64,000 bases of DNA, from the NCBI GenBank assembly GCA_963695225.1, contig OY968762.1, positions 1,952,001 through 2,016,000 on the forward strand, read 5' to 3'. The notes below the pieces were generated by a model. That model saw only the letters and a program-made list of their open reading frames with translations. It was not told the origin of the DNA and did not search any database. A program made the position numbers and the translations under genes. Source of the stretch: Vulcanimicrobiota bacterium (lineage in GTDB: Bacteria > Vulcanimicrobiota > Vulcanimicrobiia > Vulcanimicrobiales > Vulcanimicrobiaceae). Below, in pieces: positions 27,476-38,090 of the stretch (the first letter of the stretch is position 1; every line of letters begins with the position of its first letter).

Positions 27476-28183
27476 TTGAAGGCCCGAGAGGAAGACGTTC
27501 TCGGCGAGATCGAGCGCGCGGTCGTCGGCTGCGACCGCTGCCCGGAACTGCGCGCGTACTGCAGCGAGATCGCGCGCCGCAAGAAGCGCGAGCATGCGGA
27601 CCGAACGTACTGGGGGAAACCCGTCCCGGCGTTCGGCGACGCGCGCGCGCGCGTCTTGCTCGTCGGCCTCGCGCCGGGCGCGCACGGCTCGAATCGCACC
27701 GGGCGAATGTTCACGGGCGATGCCTCGGGCGCGTGGCTCTACCGCGCGCTCCATCGCGCGGGCTTCGCGAACCAAGCGGAGCAACGCGACCGCGACGACG
27801 GGCTTCTCCTCGCGGACGCGCTGATCACGGCGGCCTTGCGCTGCGCGCCGCCGCAGAACAGGCCGACGCCGGAACAACTCCGCAACTGCGCGCCGTACCT
27901 GCAACGGGAGCTGGCGTCGTTGCACCGTCTACGCGTCGTCGTCGGCCTCGGCGCGATCGGCACGCGCGCCGCCTATGACGCGCTGCGCGAAGCGGGCTAC
28001 ACGTTCGCGCGCAAGCCCGTCTTCGCGCACGGCGCCGAAACACCGGCGGAGCACGCGAGCCGCCCCCCGCTCGTACTCCTGGCATCCTTCCACCCCAGCC
28101 GCCAGAATACGAACACGGGAAAGCTGACGGAGCCCATGCTCGACGCGATCTTCTCGCGGGCCCGGAGCCTCCTCGGCGGATGA
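27476..28183 (+). CDS. Uracil-DNA glycosylase family 5 (UdgB-like)
   Basis: CDRC Fe-S ligands; GLAPGAHGSNRTGRMFTGD, RCAPPQNRP, HPSRQNT motifs. Confidence 0.92.
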   Translation: MKAREEDVLGEIERAVVGCDRCPELRAYCSEIARRKKREHADRTYWGKPVPAFGDARARVLLVGLAPGAHGSNRTGRMFTGDASGAWLYRALHRAGFANQAEQRDRDDGLLLADALITAALRCAPPQNRPTPEQLRNCAPYLQRELASLHRLRVVVGLGAIGTRAAYDALREAGYTFARKPVFAHGAETPAEHASRPPLVLLASFHPSRQNTNTGKLTEPMLDAIFSRARSLLGG

Positions 28184-29052
28184 CGCGGCACGCCTCGTCC
28201 GCGTTCCTCGCGCTCGTTCTCGCGGCGTGCTCCGCCGCGGCCGGCGCGCAAACGCCGGCACCGGCCGCCCCGCAGCCGCCGGATGCGAACGAGATCTACG
28301 ATCGCGCGCGCGCCGCCGCGAATGCATGGACGCGGCCGCCCTTCATCGCGTACTCGACCCTTGCCACGTTCGAACGCAAAGGCCGCATCAAGGCCGAACG
28401 CTATCGCGTCGTCGTCCGCACCTCCGACGGCAAGAGTTACGTCACGCCGGTTGCGGATTCGCCGCGCGATCGGATCGATACCACCCCGCGCGTCGATGAG
28501 AAGCCGCCGTATCTCTCCCTGTTCAAGACGTTCGGTCTCGCCGACCCGCCGGCGGCGGAGAAGCCGGCGAGTTTCGAAGCGCCGGGGACGCCCGCTCCGG
28601 CTGCGAGCGAGCCTCCGCTGATCGCGGGCGTGAAGGTGACGGCGCGCGCGTACGACGTGACCTTGCTCGGCACCGAGACTTTCGGCGGCCGCCCGGTCTA
28701 CCATCTCGCGCTGCGCCCGGCATACGATCCCAAGCATCACCGGCTGCGCGAGCTGTTCGTGACCACGGACTCGTACCGCCTCGAACGCTCCGTGATCGAA
28801 GCGTACGCCGCCGCAGGCCCGTTTCGCCCGCATCCGTTCGTGACGATCGATTACGCACCGGTCGGCGGTGCGCAAGCGATCGTGCGGATCAGCGTCGACA
28901 TCACGCTGCGTGCGTTCTTCATCGCGTACGGGGGGCACGGGGAGTTCCGCGTCTCGAACCTCGAGGCGCCGGCGACGGAGCCGGATTGGATGTTCGATCC
29001 GGCGCTGCTCGCGGAGCACGTACGAACCGCGGCGGGCGCGCCGCGCCCGTAG
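28180..29052 (+). CDS. Hypothetical exported protein
   Basis: Signal peptide; beta-rich YDVTLLGTETFGGRPVYHLAL segment; ATGA overlap with the UDG gene. Confidence 0.7.
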   Translation: MTRHASSAFLALVLAACSAAAGAQTPAPAAPQPPDANEIYDRARAAANAWTRPPFIAYSTLATFERKGRIKAERYRVVVRTSDGKSYVTPVADSPRDRIDTTPRVDEKPPYLSLFKTFGLADPPAAEKPASFEAPGTPAPAASEPPLIAGVKVTARAYDVTLLGTETFGGRPVYHLALRPAYDPKHHRLRELFVTTDSYRLERSVIEAYAAAGPFRPHPFVTIDYAPVGGAQAIVRISVDITLRAFFIAYGGHGEFRVSNLEAPATEPDWMFDPALLAEHVRTAAGAPRP

Positions 29053-29124
29053 CTGCTCGAAAGAGAAGCGGATGCCGCCGCGAACGGTCGACGCAATGGC
29101 CTTCTCCCCACCCGCGCCGCACTC

Positions 29125-30312
29125 GTGAGCGCCGGCGCTTCAACGGCGGCGGCCGTCGCGCCGCGCCCCGCCGGCGGCGTCGCGTGGCCCGCGGCGCAGA
29201 TCTTGTTGCCGCTGTTCGCGTTCGGCGCGATGGTCGCGCTGACGGGCCTGCACGCGACGATCTACTCGAACTACGTCTACCTGGCGGACGCCTGGCGGCA
29301 TGGGCGCCTCTGGATCGAGTTCCCGGGAGCGTTCATCGATGCGGTCCCGTTCCACGGGCGGGCGTACGTCATTCAGGGCCCGACCCCGGCGCTGCTGCTC
29401 TTCCCGTTCGTCTGCCTGTTCGGACTCGATACGAATCAAACGGCACTGAGCGCCGCGCTCGGCGCGCTCTCCGTCTTCGCGGGCGTGCGCCTGTGCCGCA
29501 ATCTCGGCGTCGGGCTTCCCGCGACGATCCTGCTGAACGCATTCTTTTTCTTCGGGACGAGCATGTTCGCATGCGCGGGCATCGGCTCCGTCTGGTATCT
29601 CGCGCACGTCAGCGCGGCGACGTTCACGCTGCTCGCGCTCGCCGAACTCTACGGAGCGCGCAGGGCGTGGCTCGTCGCCGTGTGGGCGGTCGCGGCCGCG
29701 TTCTCGCGCATGCCGATGCTCGCCGCGATCCCCGTCTACTTCGCGATGCTGCGCTTCGAGCGCCGGCTCTCGTGGCGCGAGCTGAGCTCCTACGCGGCGG
29801 TGTGCCTCGCGGTCTTGCCGCTCGCGCTCTGGTACAATTACGCCCGCTGGGGGACGCTCAACGACATCGGCTTCACGTACTTCTACCGGATCATGGACGT
29901 CGAGCATCCGCACACCGACTATCCGTTTTCGCCCGCGAACCTCGAGATGCAGCTTCGCGCGTTTTTCCTCGGGCCGCCGCCGTTCACGAACCGCTTCCCT
30001 TGGGTTGCGCCCGGCCTGTTCGGAACGTCGATCGAGTGGGTGAGTCCGGCGCTCGTCCTCGCCCTCGGAGCCCGTTCGAAGGCGAGCCTGCCGTTGTGGT
30101 TCCTCGCAGCCGCCGCCGGGATCCCGCTGTTCTTCTACTACGGCGCCGGGGACGTCCAATTCGGCATGCGGCACGCGCTCGATTTCGAGCCGTTCGTGTT
30201 CGGGCTGATGGCTATGGCCGCGGCCAAGCGCCCGATCCCGCTCTGGGGGACGGCGTTGCTCTGGTATTCCATCCTGTTCGGGATCGCCGGCGCCTTTGTC
30301 TGGAGGCCCTGA
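29125..30312 (+). CDS. Multi-TM membrane protein, probable GT-C glycosyltransferase
   Basis: Many TM segments; YVYLADAW.HGRL loop, YNYARWG, GMRHALD patterns. Confidence 0.65.
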   Translation: MSAGASTAAAVAPRPAGGVAWPAAQILLPLFAFGAMVALTGLHATIYSNYVYLADAWRHGRLWIEFPGAFIDAVPFHGRAYVIQGPTPALLLFPFVCLFGLDTNQTALSAALGALSVFAGVRLCRNLGVGLPATILLNAFFFFGTSMFACAGIGSVWYLAHVSAATFTLLALAELYGARRAWLVAVWAVAAAFSRMPMLAAIPVYFAMLRFERRLSWRELSSYAAVCLAVLPLALWYNYARWGTLNDIGFTYFYRIMDVEHPHTDYPFSPANLEMQLRAFFLGPPPFTNRFPWVAPGLFGTSIEWVSPALVLALGARSKASLPLWFLAAAAGIPLFFYYGAGDVQFGMRHALDFEPFVFGLMAMAAAKRPIPLWGTALLWYSILFGIAGAFVWRP

Positions 30313-30325
30313 AGCGCCCGAGCCG

Positions 30326-32020
30326 CTACCGGCGCGCGGAGGCCGTCTCCTGCGCATCGCGGCGCACATAGAAGCGGGTCGTTCGGTAGGACGCAACGAG
30401 GCGATAATCGCGGCGAACGAGCGCCGCCAGTTCGGGGAACGTCTCGAGGCCGTTGCCTCCCTGCCACGGCGGATCGTCGAACGATTCCGAACCCGCATCG
30501 AGGAAACCGCGCGGCCGGAGTGCGATGAAGTCGCGGATGTAGCGAGCGCGGTAGTAGGCGAGATACGGATTCAGATACTCCACCCACTGATAGGCGCCGA
30601 TCGCGTCCCGAGTGCCGAGCAGCGTGTAGCTTTCGACGAAGTACTCCGGACGGTAGCCCCAAATCGCGAGCCGGTCGCCTTCCGAGAGATGCTGCCGGAT
30701 CATCACGACGACCGGTTCGGGGCGGCGGTTCTTGTACTCCCTGACGTCATCGAGGTACGGATACCATCCGAACGTGAACGCGCCTTGGACGAACAAGCTT
30801 CCCGCCACGAATCCCGACGCGAGCAGACTGCGCCAAATCCCGGATGCCGCGGTCGAGCGCAAGGCGCCGGCGAAGATTCCTAGCGCGACGGCGGCGGACG
30901 TTGCGACGGGCATGAGGCCGAAGAGCACGTAGTGCAACGATTCGCGCTTCGGCGCGAAGATCGCGTAGACGCCCGCGCCCAAGAGCACGAGCGAAACGAG
31001 GTACGCGTTGCGCGCGGTGCGGTCCACGCGCCCTCGCAGCAGCGCGAGCGCAATCGCTCCGGCCGCCGCCACGGCCAGCAAGAGATCGAACTGGAGGCCG
31101 AACTCCGTCATCGCCAAGAGGTACGAGGGCGGCTGGTAGGCCCAAAGAATGTAGGCGAGCGACGACTGAACGTACGAAATCCAGAAATCGTACAAGACGC
31201 CGTTGGCCGCAACGACCGCCAGCAGCGCCGCCGGAAACGCAAGCGCGCCTGCGGCGAGCGCAAACGCGCGCGCCGCCTTCCCGTGCGCGTCGAGCGCGGC
31301 CGAGCCGAAGATCAAGCACAGTGCGGCTGCAAACGTCGCGGCGACGAGCGGCGCGGATTGAAGCTTCGCAAACGGCGCCATGCCGAGCAAGACGCCGGCG
31401 GCGAAGAGCCATGCGGGAGCATAGCGCTTCACCGCGGCGACGCAGATGCACCAGAGGGCGGCCGTCGCGAGAAAGATCGGCAGATGTTCGCTCGCGTAGT
31501 GAACGAACTCGGGCCTCGTCACGAGCGCGAACAGCGCGACGGGGGGCAAGATCGCGAGGCGCGCGAGCCATCCCTCAAACAGCGTCGCCGCCGCTCCGTA
31601 GAGCGCGGCAACCGCCCCGAATTCGAGCAGCACCGTGATGACGTGCGTCGTGACGTAACTCAGACGGAGCCCGAAGAGCGCGGGGAGCATGAGGACGTAC
31701 GTGTTCAGCGGCCCGCAGGTGTTGCCGTCGAACGATTTCCAAGGGATCGGATCGTGCAGCGCCGTGATCGCCTGAGCGAGCGCCTGCGCTTCGTCGGGGT
31801 CGAGCGCGCGATTCGCCACGAACGTCGGCCAGCGCGCGCCGACGAGCGCGAGCAACGCGAGCGCAAGGAAGGCTGCCGTCCAAAGACGCCCCGATAGGCG
31901 CCGGTCGAGCCGGCGAGAGAATGCCCCGGCCAGCGCGAGCGCGGCGAGCGCGAACAGCAGAGTTCGGCTGATGGCCAGATACCACGCCGGATTATCGCCG
32001 GACGGCCCAAGGAAGGTCAC
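30326..32020 (-). CDS. Multi-TM membrane protein, probable GT-C (ArnT/PMT-like) glycosyltransferase
   Basis: LDPDE motif in first loop, GPL, SEHL, PFAK; soluble C-terminal domain. Confidence 0.65.
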   Translation of the reverse strand: MTFLGPSGDNPAWYLAISRTLLFALAALALAGAFSRRLDRRLSGRLWTAAFLALALLALVGARWPTFVANRALDPDEAQALAQAITALHDPIPWKSFDGNTCGPLNTYVLMLPALFGLRLSYVTTHVITVLLEFGAVAALYGAAATLFEGWLARLAILPPVALFALVTRPEFVHYASEHLPIFLATAALWCICVAAVKRYAPAWLFAAGVLLGMAPFAKLQSAPLVAATFAAALCLIFGSAALDAHGKAARAFALAAGALAFPAALLAVVAANGVLYDFWISYVQSSLAYILWAYQPPSYLLAMTEFGLQFDLLLAVAAAGAIALALLRGRVDRTARNAYLVSLVLLGAGVYAIFAPKRESLHYVLFGLMPVATSAAVALGIFAGALRSTAASGIWRSLLASGFVAGSLFVQGAFTFGWYPYLDDVREYKNRRPEPVVVMIRQHLSEGDRLAIWGYRPEYFVESYTLLGTRDAIGAYQWVEYLNPYLAYYRARYIRDFIALRPRGFLDAGSESFDDPPWQGGNGLETFPELAALVRRDYRLVASYRTTRFYVRRDAQETASARR

Positions 32021-32103
32021 AGTATTTTCTTCGGCACGCCGGCGCCCGCGCTGAGCGCGCGCCCTCGCCGGCCCGGCTCCGCCGTGGAGCGGGCGGGGAT
32101 CCC

Positions 32104-33897
32104 TTAGGCCGCCCCGGCCGGCGGAGCAGGCGGCTTTGCCGTGCTCTGCAGCGAGAGCTCGCGAAGCTGCTTCGGTTCGACGCGCGCCGGCGCGTCCATC
32201 ATGAGGTCGCGGGCGAGCTGGTTCTTCGGATACGCGATCACGTCGCGGATGCTCGTTTCACCGCACGCGAGCATCGCCACGCGGTCGAGGCCCAACGCCA
32301 TGCCGCCGTGCGGAGGCGCTCCGTATTGCAGCGCTTCGAGCAGGAATCCGAAGCGCTCTTCGATCGAGCGATCGGAGTGCTTGAACGCGTCCTTGAATAT
32401 GCGCCGCTGGAACGCGGCATCGTGGATGCGGATCGAACCGCTCCCGAGCTCGAAGCCGTTCAGCACGAGATCGTAGTGCTGCGCGCGCATCGCGAGCGGA
32501 TCCGTATCGAGCAGCGCGTCCTGGCCCGGATACGGCGCGGTGAACGCGTGGTGCGCCGGTGCGATCTCGCCGGTCTCGGGATCGCGCTCGAAGAGCGGAA
32601 AATCGAGCACCCAGCAAAACGCGAACTCCTTCGGATCGCGCAGGCCCAAGCGCTCGCCGATCTCCGCCCGCAGATTCCCGGCGATCTGCGACGTCGCGCC
32701 CGAGCTGCCTTCGGCGCCCGCGACGATGAGGATCGCGTCCCCGGTCACGGCGCCGGCCGCGGAGGCGAGCGCTTCGACGAGCGGTTCGTTCAGCAGCTTC
32801 GCGATCGACGATTTCCAACCGTCCGCGCCGAGCGCGATCCAGATCAACCCGCCCGCCCCGAACGATTTCGCGGTTTCCGTCAGCGCGTCGAAATCGCGCC
32901 GCGAGAGCGAACCGCCGCCGGGGTAGCGCACTGCGACGATCCGGCTCGCGCTGCCCCCGGCATGCGCCTCCAAGAACTTGATCCCGGTGCCGCGGAAGAG
33001 TTCCGCGACGTCCGCGAGTTCGAGCCCGAAGCGCAGATCGGGTTTATCGACCCCGTACCGCCGGATCGCGTCCGCGTGCTCGAGGCGCGGAAACGGACGC
33101 GGGAGCACGATGCCGAGCGCCTTCTCCCAGACGTACGCGATGCACTCTTCCATGATCTCGATGACGTCCTCTTGCGTGACGAAGGACATCTCGACGTCGA
33201 GTTGCGTGAACTCGGGCTGACGGTCCGAGCGCGAGTCTTCGTCTCGAAAGCACCGCGCGATCTGCATGTAACGGCCGAGGCCGCCGACCATCAGGATCTG
33301 CTTGAGGAGCTGCGGCGATTGCGGAAGCGCGTAGAACGTCCCCGGATGGATGCGGCTCGGGACGAGATAATCGCGCGCGCCCTCGGGCGTCGATTTGATC
33401 AGCATCGGCGTTTCGATTTCGAGGAAATCGCGCGCGTCGAAAAAATCGCGCATCGCCTTGACGATCTTGTGCCGCACGGTCAAGTTGCGCTGCAGCCGCG
33501 GACGGCGCAGGTCGAGATAGCGATGCTTCAGACGCAACGATTCGTCGACGTCGGTATCGGCGTTGACCGGAAACGGGGGCGTCAGCGAACGGTTGAGGAT
33601 CTCGATGTCGCCGGCCGCGATTTCGACGGCGCCCGTCGCGAGCTTCGGATTCTCGGTCCCCGCCGGACGCGCGCGCACGGTGCCCTGCACGCGCACGACG
33701 TCTTCGTTGCGCAACGTCTCGGCGAGCGCGAACTGCTCACCGTTCGCCGGATCGAACACGACTTGCGTGACCCCGTCCCGGTCGCGCAGGTCGATGAAGA
33801 TCAAGCCGCCGTGATCGCGGCGGCGATTGACCCAGCCGTTCAACTCGACGCAGGCGCCCGCGTGCCCCGCGCCGAGCGCGCCGCATGAGACCTTCAT
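32104..33897 (-). CDS. aspS: Aspartate--tRNA(Asp/Asn) ligase
   Basis: RRRDHGGLIFIDLRD, STPEGARDY, LPQSPQ, RCFRDED, QPEFTQ, GAPPHGG motifs; His in DHGG suggests the non-discriminating type. Confidence 0.98.
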   Translation of the reverse strand: MKVSCGALGAGHAGACVELNGWVNRRRDHGGLIFIDLRDRDGVTQVVFDPANGEQFALAETLRNEDVVRVQGTVRARPAGTENPKLATGAVEIAAGDIEILNRSLTPPFPVNADTDVDESLRLKHRYLDLRRPRLQRNLTVRHKIVKAMRDFFDARDFLEIETPMLIKSTPEGARDYLVPSRIHPGTFYALPQSPQLLKQILMVGGLGRYMQIARCFRDEDSRSDRQPEFTQLDVEMSFVTQEDVIEIMEECIAYVWEKALGIVLPRPFPRLEHADAIRRYGVDKPDLRFGLELADVAELFRGTGIKFLEAHAGGSASRIVAVRYPGGGSLSRRDFDALTETAKSFGAGGLIWIALGADGWKSSIAKLLNEPLVEALASAAGAVTGDAILIVAGAEGSSGATSQIAGNLRAEIGERLGLRDPKEFAFCWVLDFPLFERDPETGEIAPAHHAFTAPYPGQDALLDTDPLAMRAQHYDLVLNGFELGSGSIRIHDAAFQRRIFKDAFKHSDRSIEERFGFLLEALQYGAPPHGGMALGLDRVAMLACGETSIRDVIAYPKNQLARDLMMDAPARVEPKQLRELSLQSTAKPPAPPAGAA

Positions 33898-33910
33898 CGC
33901 CCTCGTAGAA

Positions 33911-34813
33911 CTAGGCACGTTCGCGCTCCATTGCATCCTTGATGCCGCTGACGTAGTGGTACTGGTAGACGATGTTCCGCGCGAGGCCCGGCTTCGCCGC
34001 GCCGGCGCGGTCGAGCCGGGCGATCAAACCCGGGCTGCGCTGCAGCACGCCGTGCAGCCCGAGCGAAACGAACGTCATCCCGAGATTTGCCTGCACCTTG
34101 AAGCTCGGGTGCTTCCGGTAGAACCGCACCGTCGAGCGGCCGGCGAGTTCCATTCGCCCCTTCTGCTCCTGGTACCCGACCGGGTGCCAGTGATAGTTCA
34201 CGGCGCGCGGCTCGTACAGAATCTTCATGCCGTCGGCTTCGATGCGGTAGCCCAGCTCGAGATCCTCGTGCCCGTAGCCCGTGAACGATTCGTCGAACTT
34301 GCCGAGACGGATCAGATCGTCGCGCCGCACGGAGGCGTTTCCGGTCAGGAAATAGAGCCAGGAAAGCTGCTTGCGTGCGGACGGGTGGAGCGGGCGCCGC
34401 TCGGCGGGGCGGTCGCGCAAGCGCTCGTACTCTTCGTACGTGGCAACCTGCAATTCGAGCCCGACGACCGCGATGCCGAGGCGCGCCTTGTGGACTTGGA
34501 GATGGCGCGAGAGCAGATCCGGGGAAGCGATGATGTCGGCATCCGTGAACAGGACGATGTCCGCCCCGGCCGCATCGATCCCGGCGTTGCGCGCCATCGC
34601 GCGGCCGGTGTAGGGGCCCGGGAGGTGCCGGACGTTCGGATGTTCGCGCGCAACCTCGGCGAGATACTCCGCCGTCCCGTCGTTCGAGTTCGAATCGGCG
34701 ACGACAAGCTCGTATTGGTCCTCGCGGAGATCGCTGCGCAAGAGGGCGGGGATCACGTAGCGGAGGCGGTCGAGCCGGTTGTAGGTCGGGATGACGACGG
34801 AGATCTCAAGCAT
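33911..34813 (-). CDS. GT2 glycosyltransferase
   Basis: SVVIPTYNR, ARNAG, FTDAD, GYGHEDLELGYR motifs. Confidence 0.93.
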   Translation of the reverse strand: MLEISVVIPTYNRLDRLRYVIPALLRSDLREDQYELVVADSNSNDGTAEYLAEVAREHPNVRHLPGPYTGRAMARNAGIDAAGADIVLFTDADIIASPDLLSRHLQVHKARLGIAVVGLELQVATYEEYERLRDRPAERRPLHPSARKQLSWLYFLTGNASVRRDDLIRLGKFDESFTGYGHEDLELGYRIEADGMKILYEPRAVNYHWHPVGYQEQKGRMELAGRSTVRFYRKHPSFKVQANLGMTFVSLGLHGVLQRSPGLIARLDRAGAAKPGLARNIVYQYHYVSGIKDAMERERA

Positions 34814-35801
34814 CGCTGGTCTGCAAAAGCCTTTCGATCCCCGCGAGGATCTCCTCGCGGGAGGCGGCAAGGTCGGCAGGGTCGTCCCCGGCGGGTTTGC
34901 GCAAGCAGACCGAGGGGACTCTGTACGGTGCCCATTCCTGCGAACTCAAGGCGAAATACCGTCGTTCGAACAGGACGAGCGTGGGCCTCCGCACGGCGCT
35001 CGCGACGTGGGTCGCACCCGTATCGACGGTCACGACGAGGGCACCTCGCTCGAAGGTTGCGGCCCACTCGCCGAACGCCAGCCCGCCGAGGACGAAATCG
35101 GCGACGCCCCCCGCCCGCAACTCCCCGGCCTCGGCGGCGACGTCGGGCCCGTGCGTCACGACGACCGGCCGTCCGAAGCGGCGGATCGCCCACAGGAGCG
35201 CGACGAAGCTCTGGAACGAGCTCCCCGCCGAGAGCCAGCGCGGAGCGAAATGCACGACGATCGCCCCCTCCGGCAGGCGCGCGGCGCGGGCCCGCGCCTC
35301 GGCGCTCACGGGGACGACCAGATCGTCGACGAGGACCGTCCCGCCCGCCGCCCGCACGAGATCGCGAACCTGCAGCACCTCGTGCCGCACGACGTAGCTC
35401 GGATCGCGCTCGCAGAGTTCGGGATCCGCCTCCGAGACGAGGCACTCGCTCAGGAAGAACCCCGCCGTCGCGCGCGCGAGATACCGGCGCACGTACGTGT
35501 ACCCGATGCGCCGGCGGGCGCGCGTCTCGGCGACGAACGCGAAATCCGGCGCGCACGGCGCGAGCGCGAGCGCGAGGTCGAACGCCCCCCGGTAGCGCTC
35601 GGCGAGGATCGCCGGGCGCACGTCGCGCGGGATCGCGACGATCTCGTCGACGTCCGTGTTCCCCTCCATCACGACCGCGTTATAGGCGCTGCAGACCATC
35701 GTAACGCGCGCTTGCGGCCACGAGCGGCGCACCGAGGCGATCGCCGGCGTCGAGAGCACGAGGTCGCCGATCCGGTCGAGCCTGGTCAGAACGATGTTCA
35801 T
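34806..35801 (-). CDS. GT9 (heptosyltransferase-like) glycosyltransferase
   Basis: RLDRIGDLVLSTP and VDTGATHVA motifs. Confidence 0.9.
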   Translation of the reverse strand: MNIVLTRLDRIGDLVLSTPAIASVRRSWPQARVTMVCSAYNAVVMEGNTDVDEIVAIPRDVRPAILAERYRGAFDLALALAPCAPDFAFVAETRARRRIGYTYVRRYLARATAGFFLSECLVSEADPELCERDPSYVVRHEVLQVRDLVRAAGGTVLVDDLVVPVSAEARARAARLPEGAIVVHFAPRWLSAGSSFQSFVALLWAIRRFGRPVVVTHGPDVAAEAGELRAGGVADFVLGGLAFGEWAATFERGALVVTVDTGATHVASAVRRPTLVLFERRYFALSSQEWAPYRVPSVCLRKPAGDDPADLAASREEILAGIERLLQTSDA

Positions 35802-36703
35802 CCCGCCAGGCCGGCTTTGGCCCGCTCGAGTTCCTCGAAATATGTTTCGCGCGCGAGGCCGCGCGCGAAGAAGAGCTCGCGCCCGGAGAGCGCGCGATCC
35901 GCACTGCAATCGCCGAGCGCACGCTCGAAGCGCGCGGGGAGGCCGATCGCCCGCGCGGCGCGGTGCAGCGCGCGCTGCACCGGGTCGTCCCCGATCGCGA
36001 GGACGACGCGCCAATGCGGATGCAGCGCGTGCAACTGCACCGCAGTGCGCGCCTGCGCGCGCGCCTGCCGCAGCATCCCTGCGACGTTCTCGGCGCGCGG
36101 CCGCGGCTTGTGATGGAACACGAGCGCGCGCTTGTTGAAGACACCGGGGGCGCCGGCTCGGCGCAGCCGCATGCCGAGCTCGATGTCTTCCCATCCGTAC
36201 TCGCGGAAGTCTTCGGTGAAATGCCCGACCCGGTCCAGCGTCTCGCGCGCGACGGAGACGTTGCTCGTCCAGAAGAAGTTCGCGCTGTAGTTCGCGAGCG
36301 TCCAAATCGGCGGGGGCAACGCGTCGAAGCTTTCGGCGTTGATCACCGCGCCCCCGACGACCGCTTCGGGCGTGCGCACGTGCGAGCGCAGATGCTCCTC
36401 GACGAACGTCGGCGTCGGGAGGATGTCGTCGTCGATGAACACGATGCGCTCGCCGCGCGCGCGCGCGATCCCGGTGTTCCGTCCGCGCGCGAGGCCGGCG
36501 TTCGCCTGATGGACGACCGTGAACCCGCAGGTCGCGCGCCGCGCGGCCGCTTCGATCACGGCGGGCGTTTCGTCGCGCGAGCCGTCGTTGACCAGGACGA
36601 CTTCGTATTGGTCGCCCGGGAGCGTCTGTTCGAAACAGCCGTCGAGCACGCGCGCCAAGAGATGCGCGCGGTTGTATGTGCAGAGCTGAATCGTGATGCG
36701 CAT
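35798..36703 (-). CDS. GT2 glycosyltransferase
   Basis: CTYNR, NDGSRD, FIDDD, YGWEDIELG motifs. Confidence 0.93.
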   Translation of the reverse strand: MRITIQLCTYNRAHLLARVLDGCFEQTLPGDQYEVVLVNDGSRDETPAVIEAAARRATCGFTVVHQANAGLARGRNTGIARARGERIVFIDDDILPTPTFVEEHLRSHVRTPEAVVGGAVINAESFDALPPPIWTLANYSANFFWTSNVSVARETLDRVGHFTEDFREYGWEDIELGMRLRRAGAPGVFNKRALVFHHKPRPRAENVAGMLRQARAQARTAVQLHALHPHWRVVLAIGDDPVQRALHRAARAIGLPARFERALGDCSADRALSGRELFFARGLARETYFEELERAKAGLAG

Positions 36704-36705
36704 CG

Positions 36706-37044
36706 TCAGTACAGGCGCGTTCCGTTCGGAACCGGGCGTTCGAGCGCCGCCAGCACGACGTTGCCTTCCGCATCGTCGGCGCCGAGCGTCAGCACCTCGC
36801 TCGTGAAGCCCGCAATCCGCTTGGGCGGAAAATTGACGACGGCGAGGACTTGCCGCCCGACGAGGTCTTGCGGCCGGTAGTTTTGGGTGATTTGGACGCT
36901 CGAGCGCTTCGTGCCGAGCGTCTCGCCGAAATCGATCGTGAGCCGGTAGGCCGGCTTGCGGGCTTCGGGAAAATCGTCGGCCGCAACGATCGTGCCGACG
37001 CGGATCTGGACGCGTTCGAATTCCGTAGGAGTAAGGGGCGGCAT
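36706..37044 (-). CDS. csaA: CsaA / tRNA-binding OB-fold chaperone
   Basis: IRVGTI, ARKPAY.L.IDFG, SSVQIT, VNFPPKRIAGF.SEVL.LG motifs. Confidence 0.9.
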   Translation of the reverse strand: MPPLTPTEFERVQIRVGTIVAADDFPEARKPAYRLTIDFGETLGTKRSSVQITQNYRPQDLVGRQVLAVVNFPPKRIAGFTSEVLTLGADDAEGNVVLAALERPVPNGTRLY

Positions 37045-37094
37045 CGCCTCGCAGTTCGTTCCGCGCCCCGACGGGGCCCGCCCGTTCTTCGCGG

Positions 37095-38090
37095 CTACTG
37101 CGCCGCGAGGAGCGTCCGCAGCGCCTCGACGACGCGTTCCGGCGCGAGCTCGGCGAGGCAGGCGAAATTCGGGCAGGTTTCTTTTCGGTGCTCCGGCGGG
37201 CAGGGGTACGTCCCGCGCAGGACCGCCGTCCTTGGCCCGAGCGGCGCCCAGCGGTCCGGTTCGTCGCTGGCGAGCGCGAATATCCCGAGCGTCGGCGCCC
37301 CGACGGCGGCGGCAACGTGCATCGGGCCGCTGTCGAGCGCGACGACGGCCGTCGCGCCTTCGGCGAGCGCGCCGAATTCAGCGAGCGACGCCCGCCCCGC
37401 GAGCGAGGAGCCCCCGGCGCGGGCCGCGACCGCCTCGGCGATGTCACGGTCCCCCGGCGCACCGGTCACGACGAGCGGAACGCCGAGCGCTTCGCGGACG
37501 CGCCCGGCGAGCGCGCCCAGCGCCTCCGTCGGCCAGCGCCCGTGGATCGCGGCGATCCCGCGCGTCGGATGGAAGACGGCGTAGCCGCCCGCGATCCCCT
37601 CGCTCGCGAGCAGTTCCGCGAGCGAAGCGCGCGCGGCGGGGGAGACGGCGAACGTCGGCGTCGCGTCGGCGACGTCGCACTCGAGCGCGCGCGCGAAATC
37701 GAGCAGGATCTGCGTCCAGTGCGTCGTGCGGTCCCCAAGTTCGCTCCGCACGACCACGCGCTTCGTGAACAGGCCCGAATAGAGGCGGCGCGCCTGCCCG
37801 ACGCGGACCGGGATCCCGGCGGCGAACGGGAGCGCCGAGCTGCGCGCCGTGGCCCAGGTGACGACGGCCGCGTCGAAGCGCCCCGCCCGCAGTCGGGCAG
37901 CCTGCTCGGGAACGGAGCCGCCGTCGACCCAGACGTCGGCGAGCGCCGGGTTCCCGGCAAGGACGTCGCGGTGTGCGGGCGCCGTGAGCGCGACGACGCG
38001 CTCGTAGCGCGCGCGCAGGGCGCGCATGACGGGCGTCGCGAGCAGGACGTCGCCGATCCCGCCGCCCGTGCAGACGACGAGCGCGTTCAA
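37095..38090 (-). CDS. GT9 (heptosyltransferase-like) glycosyltransferase
   Basis: GIGDVLLATP, LDSGPMHVAAA, RWAP motifs; TTG overlaps upstream stop. Confidence 0.9.
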   Translation of the reverse strand: MNALVVCTGGGIGDVLLATPVMRALRARYERVVALTAPAHRDVLAGNPALADVWVDGGSVPEQAARLRAGRFDAAVVTWATARSSALPFAAGIPVRVGQARRLYSGLFTKRVVVRSELGDRTTHWTQILLDFARALECDVADATPTFAVSPAARASLAELLASEGIAGGYAVFHPTRGIAAIHGRWPTEALGALAGRVREALGVPLVVTGAPGDRDIAEAVAARAGGSSLAGRASLAEFGALAEGATAVVALDSGPMHVAAAVGAPTLGIFALASDEPDRWAPLGPRTAVLRGTYPCPPEHRKETCPNFACLAELAPERVVEALRTLLAAQ

